Below are positions 11,097 through 23,357 of a DNA stretch of 64,000 nt, in pieces. This stretch comes from Rebecca billardiae RCC1528 (taxonomy: Eukaryota > Protista > Haptophyta), in contig OZ251235.1 in the NCBI GenBank assembly GCA_965240325.2, positions 496,001-560,000 on the forward strand, read 5' to 3'. Both the position numbers and the translations under genes were made by a program. The stretch's first letter is position 1. Each line of letters begins with the position of its first letter. The notes beneath the pieces are model-generated. The model was not told where the DNA came from, searched no databases, and saw only the letters and a program-made list of their open reading frames with translations.

Positions 11097-12734
11097 ATGG
11101 CGGCGGCCGAAAGAGCTTCGCGCCCTCCCGGGCAAACCATCGTCATCACACTGCTCGCGGCCGCGCTCGCGCGGCGCGCCGGAGTGCGGGCGAGCGCGTC
11201 CATGCCGGCGCCGTCTTCGCCATGGGCGCAGCACGCCAGCCGCCGCCCCGTGCCGCGTGCGATGGCGGAGGCGAAGCAAGCAGACGACGCGTGCAACGCC
11301 TTCTGGGCGCGGAACGCCATGGCGTGCGGGCTGCTGCTGCTGCGCCACGTGCCCAAGACCGCGGGCTCGCTCATCCGCAGCCGCTTTGGAGCCCAGACCG
11401 CAAAAGACCGCTGCGGCTGGGGCACGCCGCTGCAAAAGAAACCGGGGGCTGGACTGAAGCACCTGCTCGAAGGGTTGGGGCTGCAGGCACGGTCTGCCAA
11501 CATCACACGCGATCTGTACTGGCTGCTCGGGCCGGGCGTGACGGCGACGGCGGGACTGGACGCGTACCCGCTCGTGTACTTTGAGCAGCACATCCCCATG
11601 TGGGAGGGCTTCCAGGCGTACGAGGCGGCGCTCCCGGCGCTCTCCGCGTGGTGGCCGCGCTGCCGAGTCGCCACCATCACAGTGGTGCGCGAGCCGTACA
11701 AGTGGTCCGTTGCCGTCTGGACCTTCTTCGCCGGCCGCATGCAGGAGCGCTCGTGGCTGCACGGGCGGCTACCCTGCATCGAGGCCATGCGCGCCAACCA
11801 TCGCTTCGGGGTTGGAGCCAGCGGAAATCACTGCATCCTGCAGGTTGACTGGATCTTCCCCCATCTGAGGGTGGCCTCAGGGCAGCGCGCGCTCACCGCT
11901 GCGGACGTGCGCCCGGGCCTCGACGCGCGCCGCTCGCACGTGTACGTGGGCGTTCTCGAGCGGCTCGAGGAGTCGACGGCCACGCTCTCGTCGGCGCTCG
12001 GCATCCCACTCCACCTTCTTGCGGGCTCGATCAAGCCGCCTGAGAGGGCCCGGCTCAAGATGTCCGGCGAGCGGCGGCAGCGGCTGCTGATGTCCGCTGC
12101 CGCGCGCGCGGTCCTGGTCAAGCGGCACGCATCTGAGATGGCCGCGGCCAACGACTCCTCCGCGGTGTGGGCGCGCATACACGCCACCCTCGCGGACGAC
12201 TACGTCCTGTACGCCGAGGCGAACCGCGCGCTCACCGAGCTCACCGCCGCGCAGGCGAGGCGGAACCCGTGCTTCGCGCCGGCAGGGGTTGACGTGGCTG
12301 CGTACTCCGAGCGTCTACGACAGCCGTGGGCATCCCAGACTCAGGGCCCGCCGTGGCCCATGCAGGGCGTGGTGAAGCACCTCACACGGGAAGGGGAGGC
12401 GTACTGCGCTCAGACGAAGGACGCTCGCCAGCGTGCTCCCTGCGAGCGCGTGGGGTCGGTGGCAACACTGGGCGGCACGAGCGCCGCCTCCAGCCCGCAG
12501 CAGGCAGTGGCGCGTGCGGCCGCCCAGCTGAGTGCGCAGCACCCCGAGCTGCAGCTGGGCGCGAGCCCCGACCTGATCTCGCAAAAGGCGGCGCGCTTCC
12601 TGCAGCTGCTGCTGCCGGAGGAGGCGGACCCGCGGTACGGCTCGCAGCAGCGGCTGGCCGCAAGCGCGTCGCCGTCGACAAGCAGCGCTAGCAGCAGCAG
12701 CAGCAGCTTCTTCCGAAGGTGTCGGCGTGTCTGA
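11097..12734 (+). CDS. Sulfotransferase-family protein (Golgi-type, Sulfotransfer_2/Gal3ST-like), intronless
   Basis: HVPKTAGS (5'-PSB), TVVREP (3'-PB), YVGVLERLEES, DYVLY; hydrophobic N-terminal stretch. Alternative start at 11058. Confidence 0.75.
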   Translation: MAAAERASRPPGQTIVITLLAAALARRAGVRASASMPAPSSPWAQHASRRPVPRAMAEAKQADDACNAFWARNAMACGLLLLRHVPKTAGSLIRSRFGAQTAKDRCGWGTPLQKKPGAGLKHLLEGLGLQARSANITRDLYWLLGPGVTATAGLDAYPLVYFEQHIPMWEGFQAYEAALPALSAWWPRCRVATITVVREPYKWSVAVWTFFAGRMQERSWLHGRLPCIEAMRANHRFGVGASGNHCILQVDWIFPHLRVASGQRALTAADVRPGLDARRSHVYVGVLERLEESTATLSSALGIPLHLLAGSIKPPERARLKMSGERRQRLLMSAAARAVLVKRHASEMAAANDSSAVWARIHATLADDYVLYAEANRALTELTAAQARRNPCFAPAGVDVAAYSERLRQPWASQTQGPPWPMQGVVKHLTREGEAYCAQTKDARQRAPCERVGSVATLGGTSAASSPQQAVARAAAQLSAQHPELQLGASPDLISQKAARFLQLLLPEEADPRYGSQQRLAASASPSTSSASSSSSSFFRRCRRV

Positions 12735-12991
12735 CACTGCCGGCGACTGTGACTGACACTGTGACTGCGCCGGCACTACTCAGGACTGATGTCTCACAGC
12801 CCGGCCGTGTGTCACAGCCACGGCAGGCATCGGCATCGCAGTCAATGCCGAGCGCGTCTGCGGCGCAGGCCAGTCTGGCACTCAGGCACTCTTGATGCAT
12901 GCCGGTGCCGGCTGCGCGGAGACACCGTGCCTGACTGGTGTCGTCTGCAGTTCGCGGAGTGGCCGCGGTAACTCGTCTGTCCGTATCGTCG

Positions 12992-12993
<2 letters not shown>

Positions 12994-13086
<93 letters not shown>
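12994..13086. repeat. (CA)n(TA)n compound microsatellite
   Basis: Read directly. Confidence 0.95.
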
Positions 13087-13089
<3 letters not shown>

Positions 13090-13280
13090 TTATTCAGCAT
13101 TCGCGTGATCGGCGTCGTCCGATTCCGAGCACTACTCGACTGCTGCTGACGATGACCATCATATATATATATAATATATATCAGCATGAAGCCTCCGCGA
13201 TGAGAGCAATAAGCATCATCAGTCACATGGCAACATCCAAGGTTGACGTGACGTCATCGAACGTATGATCATCGACATCA

Positions 13281-14228
13281 TCAGTCATCGATGTCACTAT
13301 CGTCGTCGTCGTCGGGACGAGCGCCGTGCGCAGCCCCCGTCACTGCGCTCGATCTGATCGACTGTCCCTTGGTGCGGTGGACCGTCGTCTCGTCCGAGTC
13401 GAGGAATCCCTTGTCCGAGAGCTCGTGCGCGACGCCCTGTCGCAGCGAGCGGGTGGCATGCGGGGCCGTTCAGTTCAGTCGCCTACGCGAGGCATTTACG
13501 CGCACGGCGCATACATCTGATGGCGCGCAGGCACACACCTCGACGGTGAAGGAGCGGTCCACGGGGATGTGCTCGACCACCTTGCCGCCGCGCACGAGGA
13601 AGAGCACCGGGAGCTTCTCCACCTCGACGTGCGTGGAGAGCAGGGGCGCCTTCTCAGTCGTGATGAAGCACAGCTTGGTCTCGAGATGCACCGGGGCGAT
13701 GCAGCCGAGGTTTGCATGCACGATGGAGGTGTCCAGCTGAGCGTTCGCGTCGACGAGCGCGCAGATGACCCGATCGTGCTTCGCCACCTCTTCGAAGAAC
13801 TCCCTGTCCCCGTGCAGCTCTGTGTACTCGCCATGGCCGAGACGCTTCCACTCCTGCTCCTGGGCCGCGCGCGCCTTCATCTGAGTGAGGCGGAGAGCCC
13901 GGAGCGCCTCCAGCTCGTCGTCCGCGACCTCGTCGACGTGTTTTGTCTCGGCTTCGCCGACCTCACCGATCGCAAACCCAACCCCGCCGCGGCTGTCGAC
14001 CTCGTACCATAGCCGCTTGTCCTGCTTTGCGCCGCGGAGGTCGTCCATTGTCATCGGCTTGTCGCCGTTGCGCTGTGCGGCCGCAGCGTTCTGGGTGCGC
14101 TCGATCATCCCCATGAGTGCGGGGTTGTCCTCCGCGTGGAACTCGTCGTCCTTGCCGCCCTCGCCACGGCGAGCCGCATTGTACCCGTCCTCGCGCGTGT
14201 CCGCGCGAGAGGCGAACTGTGACGACAT
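13281..14228 (-). CDS. TXNDC9: Phosducin-like / thioredoxin domain-containing protein 9 homolog (intron 13437-13538)
   Basis: DDELEALRALRLTQMK, GHGEYTEL, EFFEEV, HLETK, EKAPLL, LPVL, acidic C-terminus after the GT-AG intron. Confidence 0.8.
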
Positions 14229-14584
14229 CCCGGCAAGATGGCCACGCGGAAGATGGGGGGCGACCACGCGCGCTTGTGAGAAAGACTCACTGAAAGAGAG
14301 AAAGAACCCAGTGGCACAGCGCTCAGCCGCTCACGAACGGAAGCAAACAAACTTGCTGTTGCGAATGTTTGCGCAGCAGGTTTCGTCGGCTCTGTTCGTA
14401 CTGCAACAGGCGGTTGTGGCCGTGTGGCAGTCATGCTGCGAGTCACCAGCAGCCAGTGATGTGACGGCCAGCTCAGGCCCATCCGCAGCCGGCTGCAGTC
14501 AGCTTCCGATCACCGCCAAGGGCACCCGGAGCTGCAACCACAGCTGCATTGCCCAAGATGACAGTCACTGGCGACCTGCAGCTG

Positions 14585-15007
14585 CTACCGCCGACTGTCG
14601 GCAATCGCTCGGATCACTTGCGCCGTGCCCCAGCAAGATGCCCCAATCAGCATGCCAAAGCCTGCTGCCTGCACGCCGCGCGCGGCTTGTTGCATCGCAT
14701 CAGAGCTTGCGGCCGCTTGACCGGCCTCACGTCCTGCCTCGCGGATGCCCGTACGCACCGCCTCGTTGAATGGGTCGGTGAGGTGATCCTTGATGTCAGG
14801 CATCAGCGTCGGTGCCGAAATATTTGGCCTGGACGGCACCATGCTCTCGAGGACGGAGAGGTCGAGCACGGGCGCCTGCTGCCCAGTGTTGTGGAAGCGC
14901 TCGCGCAGGCTCGACAAAAAATCGGATGGGTCCTTCTCCCCATCCGTCGACGTCTTCGAGGCCGCCATCGTGGCGCGCACCCGCGTCGGCCAAAAGCAAG
15001 ACAGCAT
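14585..15007 (-). CDS. Hypothetical protein (possibly the first exon of a longer gene)
   Basis: 140-aa ORF with protein-like composition, divergent from the 15180 gene; no family recognised. Confidence 0.3.
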   Translation of the reverse strand: MLSCFWPTRVRATMAASKTSTDGEKDPSDFLSSLRERFHNTGQQAPVLDLSVLESMVPSRPNISAPTLMPDIKDHLTDPFNEAVRTGIREAGREAGQAAASSDAMQQAARGVQAAGFGMLIGASCWGTAQVIRAIADSRR

Positions 15008-15179
15008 ACGGTAGATAGAGTTCGTCAGTATTCAGAATGGGTAAAGGTCACCGTGTAACAGAATCACAGCATCGCCCCGGACGCGAGCTTTTGGCTGCCC
15101 ACCTTGTCGCCCATCTCTCCTCCGCTGCGCGCGAGTGGGCGCGCTCCTGCGGAGGATTGAAGCTTCGAGGGCCTCCTCC

Positions 15180-16534
15180 ATGAGCACAGTCTCGCAAGAC
15201 GATGCGCATGCGCTGCGGCGCAAGGTTGAGGACCTCAGCCGCCAGCACGAACAGATCGTCTCTGGGCTCACCGGCGAGGTCGACCGGCTGCATAATGTGT
15301 GCCACGGGCTCATGCTCCAGCTCGTGATGAATGGGCTCTCGCCGAGCGTGCCGTCCGGTGCGCGCGCCGAGCGACTCAAACAGCTCGCCTCCCCGAGCCG
15401 CACCCTTCTCGCCGCGCCTGACGCCCCCCATGAGCGCACTGACGACCGCTCTACCACCACCCCCTCGCGCAGGCCCTGATGACGCGCAGCGCATGTATGA
15501 GGGCGTGCTCGAGGCAGTGCGCGCCGGGGACTTGCAGCTGCCGGCACGCTTGCCCGTGCCCTCCGACCCTGCGCCTGAACAGCCGCGCGAGCCGGCTGAG
15601 CAGGCACGCGCAGCTGCAGACCAGGTGCGCTGTTGCGCTGCGCCGCCCTCCGGGGGATGGGTGCAACGGCGCGCAGACGCGCAGTCACGCACTGGCGGAT
15701 GCGCGGGCGTGAGCGCGTACTCCGCGCGGCTCACACGCGTCCTCGCCGCGTGATCTCGGCACACGCGCCCCTGCCACTCGCGTCCCCCGACGCGCAGCCC
15801 GTCGGCGCCGCCGTCGAGCCTGCGCCACCAGCCCGAGCATCTGAGCCGGCCCACGGGCGCCCGCGGGTGGGATCAGGAGATTACGCGGAGTCCAAGGCGC
15901 TGGCGCCGCCGCCGGAGCCTTCGCCGTACTACCACGTGCCCTCGCCGTCGCCTGGGCGGTCGCCGGAGCGGACACAGCCGCAGTCACCTTCACGACCGCT
16001 CAACCCCGCGCACTCGCTCCCGCCGATCGCGCGAGAGAGCCCGGCTCCAGACCTGGCCGTGCTCGGCTCGCCCACGCGCTCGCGGTCCGACGCGGCCGCG
16101 GCCGGCTCGGCCGATCCATTAGGGCTGATGGGCGCCTCGGCGGCGACGGAGCAATCGGACGATCTCGGCTCGCCCTCGGCGGTGGGCGTGACGGGGGGTG
16201 CGCCCATCGCCGGCCCCTCTGGGATGCCGCGCGTGCTGCGCAAGGGCGGCGCCGTCGGCAGCGGTGGGATGCGCAGGCCGCGCACGCTGGCGCCGCTGCA
16301 CACGACCGAGCGGAGCGCTATGGGCGGTGCGCGCTGCTGCTCGCCATGCGGCGCGCGCGTGGCGTCCGCGCGCGGCAGCCCCGGCGAGCACCGAGTGACC
16401 ACCACCCCGCGCGTGCACACTCTGCCCGCCTCTCCCACTGTCGCGCAGGGTTTGGTGTGCGCACCAATCGGCCGAAGCCAAAGGCGGCAGCGACGGAGCG
16501 GGAGCAGCCCGCGTGGCCGGCCATCGACCACTAA
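15180..16534 (+). CDS. Protein with CCDC92/CCDC74-like N-terminal coiled coil and Pro/Ser-rich tail (introns 15358-15472, 15625-15797, 16327-16448)
   Basis: RQHEQIVSGLTGEVDRLHNVCHGLMLQLVM resembles the CCDC92/74 N-terminal domain; three GTGCG...CAG introns link four ORF-track fragments in frame. Confidence 0.55.
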
Positions 16535-17236
16535 CGTCAGGCGTGCTCGGCGGACGACACTGGACATGCTCGACGTGCCCGGAGTGGCGGCCGTGTTGGC
16601 CGTCAGCCCGGCGGCGCCCCGCGAGCGGCGAATGCCCTGCGTTTCAAGTACGAAGTTACGACTCTCGGGCTGCTTTCGGTCTGAGTCGGCCTGATCAGTG
16701 CGTCGTACCGCTCCTACCCGCTATAGCTAGTACTGTCTCTATATAGCTAGTACTAGCTGTCTTCCCGCAGTATGAGTAGACATTATCATTATAAAATAGT
16801 TATTTAATTATATATATATATTATACTCGTATTAGTAGTACTATTAACTAATTAAAATAATTAATATCAGAAGTCACGCGCTTAGTGATGTGGCTCTGAG
16901 TCTTAGACTCTCTGCCCGCGATAGTAATTAAATATTAATTGTTCGGCAGGCTGCGAGCCTGCGACAGCACGGCTCCGGCCGGTAACCGGTATAAAGATTT
17001 TTATTAAATAATATATATACAAGTAACTATAGAAGGCTTCGCTCGCGACCGTCACGGCGCTCAACGGAGATACCCGCCTACTAACGACTAAGATACTGCG
17101 TATCTGAATATTTATACGGGCCTATCTCGTCAATGCTGCTGATGGATGCGCGGTGGACTAGTTGAACGTCAGTTTACTCAATACTCTACCGTAGGCAGTA
17201 GTTACTACTCATTGTATACGTTAGCTACACGCCGTA

Positions 17237-19152
17237 TTACTGCTCCGCGGCTGTGTGCGCTAGTCCGTGAGCCGCCTGCTGGATGACAGAATGCACCGCC
17301 GACCAGTCACCTTCGAAGCACAAGCTTCCGTCGGCGCCGTCATCCATGTCTTGCGTGATCAGGCTGCGAGCCTGTGCGCCGTCATCGAGTTCTCCGCCGA
17401 CTCGGCCGTCGAGCGGTGTGATGGTGCACTCACGCTCGTACGGCTCGCGCCACTGAAGGCGTAGGTTGGCAAAAATATCCCGCTCTGTCGTGCACGGGAT
17501 GCTTGCTGCGGCGATGGTGTTGGTGATCTTCGCGCCGCGATTTCCGTGCTCGTACCACGCGGGCTGCAACCCGTGCTCGCTCAGCGACCAATTGTGCCGC
17601 TTGGCGTGGTGCCGCATCGCGATGTTGAAGTGCTCAGATCCGGTGAAGTGGAGTAGCGCGAACGGCAGCTGCGCTCGCGCGCAAATCTTGATGTCGATTC
17701 GGCGGTGCAGTGCCGCCGGCTCGGGCAGCCGGCACACGCCCATGAAGGACTGGTGCTCGTCGGTGCTACTCACCTCGTCGTCCTGTACGCGACTGCTGCC
17801 CACGCTCGCGCCCGCCCTGCGCCGTGCACCGCCCCCCGGCTGGGCGAGTACGTCCGTCACGAAGCCGCTGGTTGCGAGCCGTTCCACCAGCTCACCGAGA
17901 GTACCCTCGCGAGATGTGGCCTCCTCAAGCGCGATCAGGATGTCCACGTCGTGACTCGACTTCTTGCCTCGCCGGTAAGAGCCGACTGGCTCGCAGAAGT
18001 GGACCTGGGCGCTGCCCACGATGCCCTCCAGCTCGTCGCGCACAAGCGCGGCGCACTTCGTAATCTCCGCGCGCGGCACCGGCCGCGCAAAGTCGTGGAC
18101 GTGGTGCAGGCCGATCTTCTGCACGTCCGAGAGCTTATAATCCGCCGCGCGCAGGTCTTCGTACGTGCGCAGGCCGCAGTCGTACCACTCCTTTGCCTGC
18201 CGAAGCCCCACGCCTGTGAGCGAAGCGCACGCGGCGACGGCGGTGGCTGGTAAGCGTGGGCACGAGCAGTGGGCCAGCCTGTGAGGGTACTCCCTCTGCC
18301 TCTGGCAGTCGCGCGCGCGCACGCACCGTGGATGCGCAGGAACGAGACGGAGGTAACCGTGCGCTCGTCATTGAGCAGGCTGTTGAGCCGGCTCAGCCCA
18401 GCTCGCGCCGTGAGCCCTGCCGCCTTTGCATTCAGCATCTCCTCGATCGACTCACGGCACTGCTTGCCCAGCCCGAGCTCCTGCCGTCCGCTCTCGCGGT
18501 CTGCGAGTAGCAGCGCGTCGAAATCGCCCATCGACTCGATTGGCTGTCCGCACGAACGTAGGAAGCTCGCCGCGCGAGAGTAGGTCTTCTTGCGGTGTTC
18601 GTCGCCGGCATGTCCGCGCGCTGCGTACATCGCGCCGAGCAGCGCGAGCGGCTGGGCCAACTCGTCGTTTGGCAGAGCGGTCGCGGGCAGGCCAGTCAAA
18701 TCAGAGCTCATGTCTGGGATGGTTTGCTCAGCCCGATTAGCCTCGAGCTTTGGCCGCTTTGGGGCGGGCGGCGTGCTGTCGTCTCCGAGGCGGGCCAGCA
18801 GGCATCTCTCAAAACGCGCACCATCATGGCAGCACTTGTTGATGTCGGAGGTCCAGTCCGAATGGACGATGGGCGCGCGCGTGACACACGCGCACGCCAG
18901 CCCCGACGCCTTCAAGAGCGCATGGCAGCGCGCAAGGGCGTTTCCCTCTCCCATCCGGTGTGAGCAGAGGACGATGTGCGTGACGACAGGGGCTGGCGAC
19001 GTGTCGACGACGCTGCCGCCGTTGCAGTAGACGATCGGGCGCATGCCGAACTTCTCGATTTGCTTGCACATGATCGGAACGCGCAAGCCGCGCGCGTCTG
19101 CGCCCTCGGCGAGAACCAGGACGCACGCGGCGTCCGCGCCTGCTGTCGTCAT
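17237..19152 (-). CDS. Family X DNA polymerase (lambda-like) with N-terminal BRCT-like domain (intron 18214-18326)
   Basis: IHGVG HhH, GSYRRGKKSSHDVDIL, HRRIDIK, FALLHFTGSEHFN, LSEHGL, ERDIF..L.W..P.ER; N-terminal VTHIV...IVHSDW. Confidence 0.93.
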
Positions 19153-19390
19153 GGCGATGCAGTTCTCGCTTCCTCTCAAGCGTGCGGCGGCGGCGGGTTG
19201 CAGCCGTGACCGACAGTTGCCGCACCGTGACGACCGTTGGCCAAATTATTAGTGGAGACAGTCCGGCTTATTGGTCCGGAATTCCTGGTCTCGTGGGTCG
19301 TGACCGGAAGGAAAATGCTGTTCATCACGCGCGACAAGGCAGACGACGGTGCGCCGGTCTGTGGCCGAGTGGGAGTACTGGCGTGCCGGA

Positions 19391-19952
19391 GCGTTGCGCC
19401 AGCTGGACAAACGCGAGGACGCTAGCTTTCGTAGATCACGAAGCTACGGAGGGCCTCTGACGAGAGTCGCCTTCGGATCGGGGCCCTCTCCCGCTGTGCC
19501 GCATCGGCGCACGCTCGGCGGGCTACGTTTGCGCACGCCGTGCAGCTCGCGGCGCGTGCGCGTCGGCTAGCTGGCACACTGCTCCTGACGCACAAGTCGA
19601 ATGACCGCAGCTGGGATGCCCTTTCGCGCGGCAAGGACGCGTGCGAGGCCGGTCGCTGCGGCCGAGCGGCGTGACCGTGCCGCCTGCACGCTGGGCGCCC
19701 ATGCACGTGGCTTCGCCGCGCGCGCTGAGGCTGGCGAGCGTCGCGACCGAGTTCCACGACGCGTGCGACGCGCCATCTGCCCGCTTCCGTGCCTCCGACG
19801 CACGTTTTATGCGGGCAACGGCCATCGCCCGCCCATGCGGCGGCGAAGCCGCCATCCGCCGCGCTTTGCCGTTGGACAGAGCGCAGAACATTTCGTTTTG
19901 AAAAGCGCAGATCTGAAAAGACCGGAAGGCGTTTGTCCAGCTGGCGCAACGC
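19391..19952. mobile_element. Putative MITE bounded by a 24-bp perfect inverted repeat
   Basis: GCGTTGCGCCAGCTGGACAAACGC at 19391-19414 and its reverse complement at 19929-19952. No clear TSD, so the true ends may lie further out. Confidence 0.5.
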
Positions 19953-19989
19953 CCCTGTCGCGTCTGAAGTCATGGATTCAAATAACCTA

Positions 19990-20583
19990 CAGGTGGATAC
20001 GGGCTAACTGGACACAGGGGCTATCTGGACACTCAGCGGGCGGCGGGCCTCGTGGCGAGGGCTCGTGGGCGAACGAGCACGAGCGCCCACTGGCGGGTCG
20101 CCACGACGGCGCACGATGTTCGCTGAACTCACCTGGTCGTGAGACGTCGTCTGCGCACGCGTCAGGTCGCGCTTCTCGCCGCCTTCGCCTTGTTTCGTGA
20201 GTCCCGCGCACAAGGGCGAACGCCAGCGTTTCAAGCCGCAAGGCGCGTGCGCGGACTCAGGAAGGGCGGACTCCGAGGCAAGGCGCGGTTGCGCTGGCGT
20301 GGGTAGGTCCCAGAGCAACCGTCCGAGCCGCTGCACACGCTTTTCCTCCGCGCGCGCGTCTCTGAGCTCGATTCCCATGCCTCAGCCAGTGCCAGGGGCT
20401 AATTGGACAGTGCCATTGCGGCCGCCACGCGCGGAGACGGGCCCGCAGCGCAGAAAGCGCGCTGTGGCGGAACTCCAGGGACCCCCTGAAGTCCGTCCCT
20501 GGCGCCCCTTCGACCCCAATGCTCCCAGGGAGGCCTCCGCGTGAGTTGGGTCGGCCACTGTCCAGATCACCCGTATCCACCTG
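19990..20583. mobile_element. Tc1/mariner/pogo-type MITE, 594 bp
   Basis: TA|CAGGTGGATACGGG ... CCCGTATCCACCTG|TA; subterminal GGGCTAnnTGGACA repeats near 20001, 20018 and 20396. Confidence 0.85.
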
Positions 20584-20635
20584 TAAACCAGTTTCCAGGT
20601 CTCTCTTCGGAGAGCGTGCCCCTGAACGGGATGGT

Positions 20636-20758
20636 GCGGCAACCTGGCCGACCTGCCACCGTGAGCCTTAGCTACGCACGTATTAAAACAAATAAACTGT
20701 ACATACATTTTATATGTGTTTTAATACGTGCGTAAGGCTCACGGTGGCAGGTTGCCGC
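20636..20758. repeat. Hairpin / inverted repeat with ~45-bp arms
   Basis: ACCTGCCACCGTGAGCCTTA(gcta)CGCACGTATTAAAACA pairs with TGTTTTAATACGTGCGTAAGGCTCACGGTGGCAGGT. Confidence 0.85.
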
Positions 20759-20812
20759 GCCATATCCTTCCAAGTCGCGGTCCGGATGTACCGATGTTAC
20801 GTACGCGCGATA

Positions 20813-21401
<589 letters not shown>

Positions 21402-21402
<1 letters not shown>

Positions 21403-23357
21403 TGTCGACAAACGGCTCGGATGCGAAGTACGACGGCGATATCACCTACCTCCAGGTCGTTGCTGGGAAGCCCGAGGAGATCCGCTTCCTGCGCGAGAAA
21501 GCGCGCGCCGCCCGGCTCGAACAGGCGCGCATCGCGAAGAAGCTGGCGGAGGCGGAGTATGAGCAGGCGAAGAAGGAGGCGGAGAAGGAGGCTTGCGAGA
21601 ACTCGCAGGAGAACAACGGCATGCCGCCGTCTGACAAGGACGCGCAGGTCCAGAACAAGCCGAAGTGCCGCAACCGCTTCCAGCGCATGATCGCCAACGA
21701 GGAGCACCAGCAGACCGAGGAGCAGATCGAGGAGCAGCCCAAGGGCAAGGCGACCATCAGGCAGGGCGACAAGGTGGTCCCGCGTTTCAAGAAGCTCAAG
21801 GAGCAGCCGACCTCCGGGTCGGAGGCCGTCCACGGCCAGTCCGGTCCCGCGCACGGTCGCGGCCGCGGGCCGCGCCGCGGACGCAAGCCAAAGGTTGCGC
21901 ACGCACAGGATTCGTCCGGTGTGGTGCCGCCCGAGGCGAGGCAGCAGCCGCGCGAGCAATCGCGCGGCGGCTCGCACAAGTCCGGCCACGCGCATGGTCG
22001 CGGCGGACAAGGCGGCCACGAGCCGCGGGTTGTGCACGCACCGGATGGTTCCGGCGCGGTGCCGCCCAAACACGCGCAGCGGCCGCGCGAGCAATCGCGC
22101 GGCGGCTCGCGCGAGGCCGACCCTCGGTCGGGCCAGACGCTTCAGACCGATGACCATCGGTCGAAGCAGCTAGATCAGACTAGCTCGCGCGACAAGCGCT
22201 CTCGCCCCGATCGGAGCCCCGATCGTGAGGCTGGGCAGTCGCCCAATAAGCGCCCATGTGGCAATAACTCAGCTGCGGCTGATCCGCGGGCGGCGGACGG
22301 TGATCCTTCACCGTCCCTGCCGAGCGATGTCGATGACTCACCTCTCCGCACGCTCGAAGAGCAATGTGCGAAAGGAGACTCGCCCCCTGCCAAAGCCGAT
22401 CCTCCGGCGGCACCGGCCAAACAGGCGACCGTGATCGATCACCCGATCCGCGCCTACGATGGCGCCGGTCCATCAGGTGTCGGGGTGGCCGAGCCTGGCT
22501 CGGCGCTCGGGCAGTACTTAGGGCAGTTCTCCAACGGAGCCATCGACCCGCTCATCCGCTACCTGCAGACGCAGATGCGTGTTGGACCGCGTACCCCGCA
22601 CACGCTTGAGGCGTTCAACCGCATCTGCAAGATCCTCAGCCTGGTCGACGACGGGCCTGACAGCCCGCTCTCGCGGCTGGATTTTTACGATCTGCAGCGG
22701 ATAATTGCGGACAACCTCGGACCCTCGTTCTCGAACGAGTTCAGGTCGTACCACGAGGAGATGACGAGCTTCGTCACGGCCGCTGCCAAGGAAGCAGTGG
22801 AGGGCCTCCTCGTGCAGGCCTTCAAGTTGGCCGCGCCATATGCACTCAAACGGGTGCGTGGCGGCTGGGGCGCGAGCGCTGACGCGCCGCCGTGCTGCGT
22901 GCTGAAAGCACTGCTGACAATCGCCCCCGGCCCATTCTGCGTGCCCTGCAGGCCCAGCAATGGGATTGAGACGCTCAAGCCCATCTTGGTGCTTGAAGTC
23001 CTCTTCCCTGACCCGCCAGTATGGCTCGAGCCGCACAACTGGCACAACGTCGAGCGGGCCTGGGAGCCGCATATTGACCTGGCCAGGCCGGCCACATGGC
23101 CTTTCAGTATGCATCGCTACTGTGCCAACCGGCCGTACCTAGAGTCGAGTAATTACGCAGGGGTCTTCGTGACCTGGTCGCGTCAGCTGACTCTCTTGTT
23201 GCAGAAATGCGACCCGACTGTCGTCGCCGGACTTGGCTATGACAAGTCAGGCGCGCAGATCATGCTACATGAGATCTGCACGATCGATGTGCATCCCAAC
23301 ATGCCGCCTGGCGCCGATTTTTCGAACGGTGCCCTCGAGAACCCGTATGTCGGCTAG
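21402..23357 (+). CDS. Element-1 accessory ORF A (coiled coil, internal QPREQSRGGS repeat, globular C-terminal half)
   Basis: 651-codon ORF whose ATG uses the last base of the LTR; protein-like composition; ends at a single TAG in frame with ORF B. Confidence 0.65.

Noticed and set aside
22854-22951. Intron-like GTGCG...CTGAC...GCAG segment inside accessory ORF A
   Set aside because: The GT-AG length is 98 nt and splicing would lead to a stop within a few codons, while the unspliced frame is open. A 96-nt GC-AG variant is possible but unsupported.
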